Origin: Eledone cirrhosa
Lineage: Eukaryota
Assembly: GCA_964016885.1 (NCBI GenBank)
Contig: OZ024748.1
Location: 26,040,001-26,104,000, forward strand
Length of the DNA: 64,000 nt
Direction of reading: 5' to 3'
Both the position numbers and the translations under genes were made by a program. Below, in pieces: positions 60,379 through 64,000 of the stretch (position 1 is the first letter of the stretch; each line of letters opens with the position of its first letter). The notes under the pieces are model-generated. The model was not told the origin of the DNA. It worked only from the letters and a program-made list of their open reading frames with translations, and did no database searches.

Positions 60379-60415
<37 letters not shown>

Positions 60416-60756
60416 TAATAATTGGTTTAATTCAGGATTAAATGTTAGGATTCTAAAATATATTAACATTAGCTATTGTTTATGTAATAGAGAGACACAC
60501 TTCTCCCCTCACAAGAAAGGTGTGTGTATGTGAGAGAGAGTGAGGATATATATATAGAGAGAGACATACTTTTACACAAAAAGAGCGTGAGTAAGAGAGA
60601 GAGAGAGTATATATATAGAAAGGAGACAGAGAGGGAAATATAAAGAAGGAAAAAGAGAGAAAGCGGGAAGAGAGACCGATTCTGATTTTACAACATCTAA
60701 TGGAGCTGTCAGTAGACTGTCATACAGTATTTCTTGGGGATTTTAAATTGTATTAG

Positions 60757-61015
60757 TGGTGGTGGTTGTGTTGTTGTTGGTGGCAGTGGTGGTGGTTGTG
60801 TTGTTGTTGGTGGCAGTGGTGGTGGTTGTGTTGTTGCTGGTGGCAGTGGTGGTGGTTGTGTTGTTGTTGGTGGTTGTGTTGTTGTTTGTGGCAGTGGTGG
60901 TGGTTGTGTTGTTGCTGGTGGCAGTGGTGGTGTTGATGGTGGTGGTAGTGTTGTTGATGGTGGTGGTGGTGGTGTTGTTGCTGGTGGCAGTGGTGGTTGT
61001 GTTGTTGTTTGTGGC
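60757..61015. repeat. (GGT/GTT) compound repeat
   Basis: Directly visible. Confidence 0.9.
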
Positions 61016-61025
61016 ATCAACTCAC

Positions 61026-61110
61026 CTTTCCCTTGCTGATAATCTCTAAACGGTCTCCCTCAGTCTGCTTCATTGTGAAATAACCCAGCAAAGCTGGCAG
61101 TAAAATATAT
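61026..61110 (-). CDS. IGBP1: IGBP1 exon (most 5' exon visible in the window)
   Basis: ctag|YILLPALLGYFTMKQTEGDRLEIISKGK|gtgag; human YLLVPAFQGALTMKQVNPSKRLDHLQRAR. Confidence 0.92.
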
Positions 61111-61339
61111 CTAGAAATCAGAAAAATAAATAGTATTGTATCATCAAGTCATTCATTAATAACTAAGATAAGTGAAAAGATAAATGACCCATAATTACTG
61201 ATGGTATGGTAGGAGGACTTATAATACAAGGTGGCATGGGTGGGGCATTTTAAACCTGGTGGAGCTCATACCTCTCCAGGTCAGAACACATTTGATTTGT
61301 GTGTGATATGTATGTAGATATAGATATAGATATTATATA

Positions 61340-61778
61340 TATATAAAGTATAAAAGAGAAAACACAGGTAAGCATTAAGAGAAGGATTTTATCCAGGTAT
61401 TTACTACCGTTTCATTGGTAAGTGCAACCTTATATTGCTATACTGCAAATAGCAGCCACTCAAATATAATTGTTGTTCACAGTCCAAATTTTCAAAATTT
61501 GGAAATTTGGACTGTGAACAACAATTATATTTGAGTGGCTGTTATTTGCAGTATAGCAATATAAGGTTGCAGTTACCAAGGAAACGGTCGTAAATACCTG
61601 GATAAAATCCTCTTAATGCTTACCTGTGTTTTCTCTTTTATACTTTATACTCCAAGATTGAATGGAATTCTTACAAACTTGTGGAGTTACCCCTAACCGT
61701 ACGTTGAAACCATCCATGAAACTAGCTTTCTTAACCAAGAACTGGATCACAATAAGCAATTTCTTGCTTCTCTAACTA
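61340..61778. mobile_element. PLE-type foldback: ~150-bp-arm hairpin (61340-61650) plus TACTCCA tail, between (TA)n tracts
   Basis: Near-perfect palindrome centred near 61497; retains GAAACGGTCGTA (3' half of a hammerhead-like motif) but no CTGANGA. Confidence 0.7.
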
Positions 61779-61801
61779 TATATATATATATATATATATA
61801 C

Positions 61802-62775
61802 ATGCAGCAGCTGTGCTGAGACAGCAAACAGCAAACAGCCACAGGAAACAAGTACTACCAATCTCTGGGAGGGCCCTGTAGAAACAGTAGACAGCTTCTG
61901 CTACCTAGGTGACTGAATTAGCAACGGAGGTGGGTGTTCAGAAAGTGCAATAACTAGGGTAAGAACGGGATGGAAGAAGTTTAGGGAACTACTACCACTG
62001 CTAGCTGCAAAAGGCTTCTCCCTCAGAATGAAAGGCAGACTGTATGATGCGTGTATCCGAACAGTGATGTTGCATGGTAGCGAGACCTGGGCGCTGAAGG
62101 TGGAAGACTTACGTAGATTAGAGAGAAACGAAGCCTGCATGCTCCGATAGATGTGTAACAATAATATACGTGAACGACAAAGCATAAATGAATTGAGAGA
62201 GAGACTGAGCATAAGAGGAATCAAATGCTGTGTGCAGGAGAGGCGGTTGCGCTGGTATGGACATGTGATGCGTATGAAGGATGACAGCTGCATAAAAAGG
62301 TGCAGAGCACTAGAAGTTGATGGAAACCGCGGAGTGGGGAGACCCAAGATGACCTGGGATGAGGTGATGAAAGCCGACCTTACCCAATTACACCTCTCAA
62401 AGACAATGACACACGACCGTGACTTCTGGCGTCACGCAGTAATACGGAGTACCCGACCTCCCATGGGTACAAGCTGAAGCATATAGACAATATGCCCCCA
62501 CACCCCCCACCGCAAGGTGGTCGTGGAGGTGCCATGGCAAAAAAGCACCCAGCCCACACTGTAAAGTGGACATGTAGGCGCCACGAAAAAGCACCCAGCA
62601 CTCACTGTAAATGAGGTTGGTGTTAAGAAGGGCATCCAGCTGTAGAAATCAAGCCAAATCAGTTCCTGTATGAGCAAGGCATGGTCAGCCGACCAGACAC
62701 TGCCCACAACAGGACAACCCGTCTAACCCATGCTAGCGTGGAAGAACGGACGTAAAACGGTGATGATGATGATGA

Positions 62776-62780
<5 letters not shown>
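61802..62780 (+). mobile_element. RTE LINE 3' ~1 kb
   Basis: VDSFCYLGD, WKKFRELLPLL, MLHGSETW, RRLRWYGHVMRM, GRPKMTW; in-frame stops; (GAT)n tail. Confidence 0.9.
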
Positions 62781-62823
<43 letters not shown>

Positions 62824-62825
<2 letters not shown>

Positions 62826-64000
62826 CGAAGGAAATGTGGTAAGGAACCAAAAAACTCCGTAGCAACTTAACAGAGTATGATAACACCAACGACATCATGG
62901 TGCACTCGGATAAAACTGGTAACCTCTACTTTGTCAACCCCGACAGATACCACACACTGATCAGGAGCAGCCTAAACTCCACCTATAAAAAGGCTAACCA
63001 CTCATGCATCGAGGACATAAATCGAGATGGACAACAAATTACCTCCAGTCTCAGGGTCGCCGACCGCACGGAATCCCTAGACCCACGGACACCCTACTTC
63101 ACACTGAAGGACCACAAATCCGATTTCGACCGCAAACCTTCTATCAGGCTTATAAACCCAACAAAGTCCGACATAGGGAGAATCAGCAAAAAAATCCTAG
63201 ACCGCGTGATACCAACAGTTAAGCAACACGCCAGACTTAGCCTATGGGTCAATACCCAGGAAGTGATCTCATGGTTCAGCAATATGGAGGAAAAACGAGA
63301 CACTAAATTCATCCAGTTTGACATAGAGAGTTACTATGCTTCAATCACCTTACCGCTACCTTGGACTTCGCCGAAACACTTGTGCCCGTCACCGACCAGG
63401 AAAGAAACATCATCCTCCCCGCCAGGAAGACAGCCTTACTCTTCGACAACTCCAAATGGATAAAGAGAGCTCCCGACTCACCCTTTGACGTCAGCATGGG
63501 CGCGACGGATTCGGCTGAGGTCACAGATCTTATAGGATTATTCCTAATAGCCAAACTCACCGATTTGTTTCCTGCATTCGGCGGTGGATTGTACCGTGAT
63601 GATGGGCTCCTTACCCTTAAAGGGTACAACCCCAGTAGTACAGATCGGGTCCGTAAACAATTAATCAGCTTCTTCCGCAACTGGGGATTTAAAATAACCC
63701 TACAAACGTACCTGACCCGAGTTAACTTCCTGGATGTTACCCTTGACCTCGATAATGATCTGTACTACCCATACAGGAAACCTAACGACAACATGCACTA
63801 CATCCACCGCCGGTCAAACCATCCTAGGAACATCACCAATAACCTGGTTAAAAACATCTCCCTCCGCATATCTCGTTTGTCAGCTAATGAGCACATATTC
63901 GAGGAACATGCGCCTTACTACAACCAGGCCCTCAAGCGGAGTGGTTTCCGGGAGGAAATATCCTCCTGTCCAGCTTCCATTAGCGGAACCAGCAGGCGAT
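62824..64000 (+). mobile_element. Third PLE RT (GC-richer family), frameshifted near 63350, running off the window
   Basis: HSDKTGNLY, TLKDHK, RLINPTKSDIGRISKKILDR, FIQFDIESYY, then in another frame FDVSMGATDSAEVTDLIGL, GGLYRDDG (63592-63603), VNFLDVTL, SNHP; begins at a (TA)n tract. Confidence 0.9.

Larger units (their letters stand above)
58087..60380 (-). mobile_element. Second PLE: heavily 5'-truncated, with ~470-bp inverted pLTR, in (TA)n
   Basis: Inverted repeat ~58087-58553 / ~59819-60290; GIY-YIG ORF on -; hammerheads at ~58113-58190 (-) and 60182-60253 (+); internal ~290-bp direct duplication 58494-58786 / 58855-59146; TACTCCA tail at ~60296. Confidence 0.88.

Overview
AT-rich, microsatellite-dense animal genomic DNA. 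The SINE/LINE repertoire suggests an octopus/cephalopod (inference). Two convergent spliced genes are present: HIF1AN/FIH-1 on + (7 coding exons, 11655-22606; exon 1 not located) and IGBP1/alpha4 on - (8 coding exons, 61110-40864; 5' exons lie beyond the window). The rest is mostly mobile DNA: RTE-like LINE fragments, tRNA-derived SINEs, a decayed Helitron, minisatellites and a 6.9-kb 20-bp satellite. The most striking content is a set of Penelope-like elements (RT + GIY-YIG) and non-coding derivatives that carry minimal type I hammerhead ribozymes and sit in (TA)n tracts. The centrepiece is a 6.3-kb array (31831-38165) of 19 near-identical 310-bp ORF-less units plus a terminal inverted copy. 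Each unit holds an intact hammerhead, consistent with a retrozyme (self-cleaving, possibly circular RNA) copied by a Penelope RT. All calls were read by eye; no database searches or folding programs were run.
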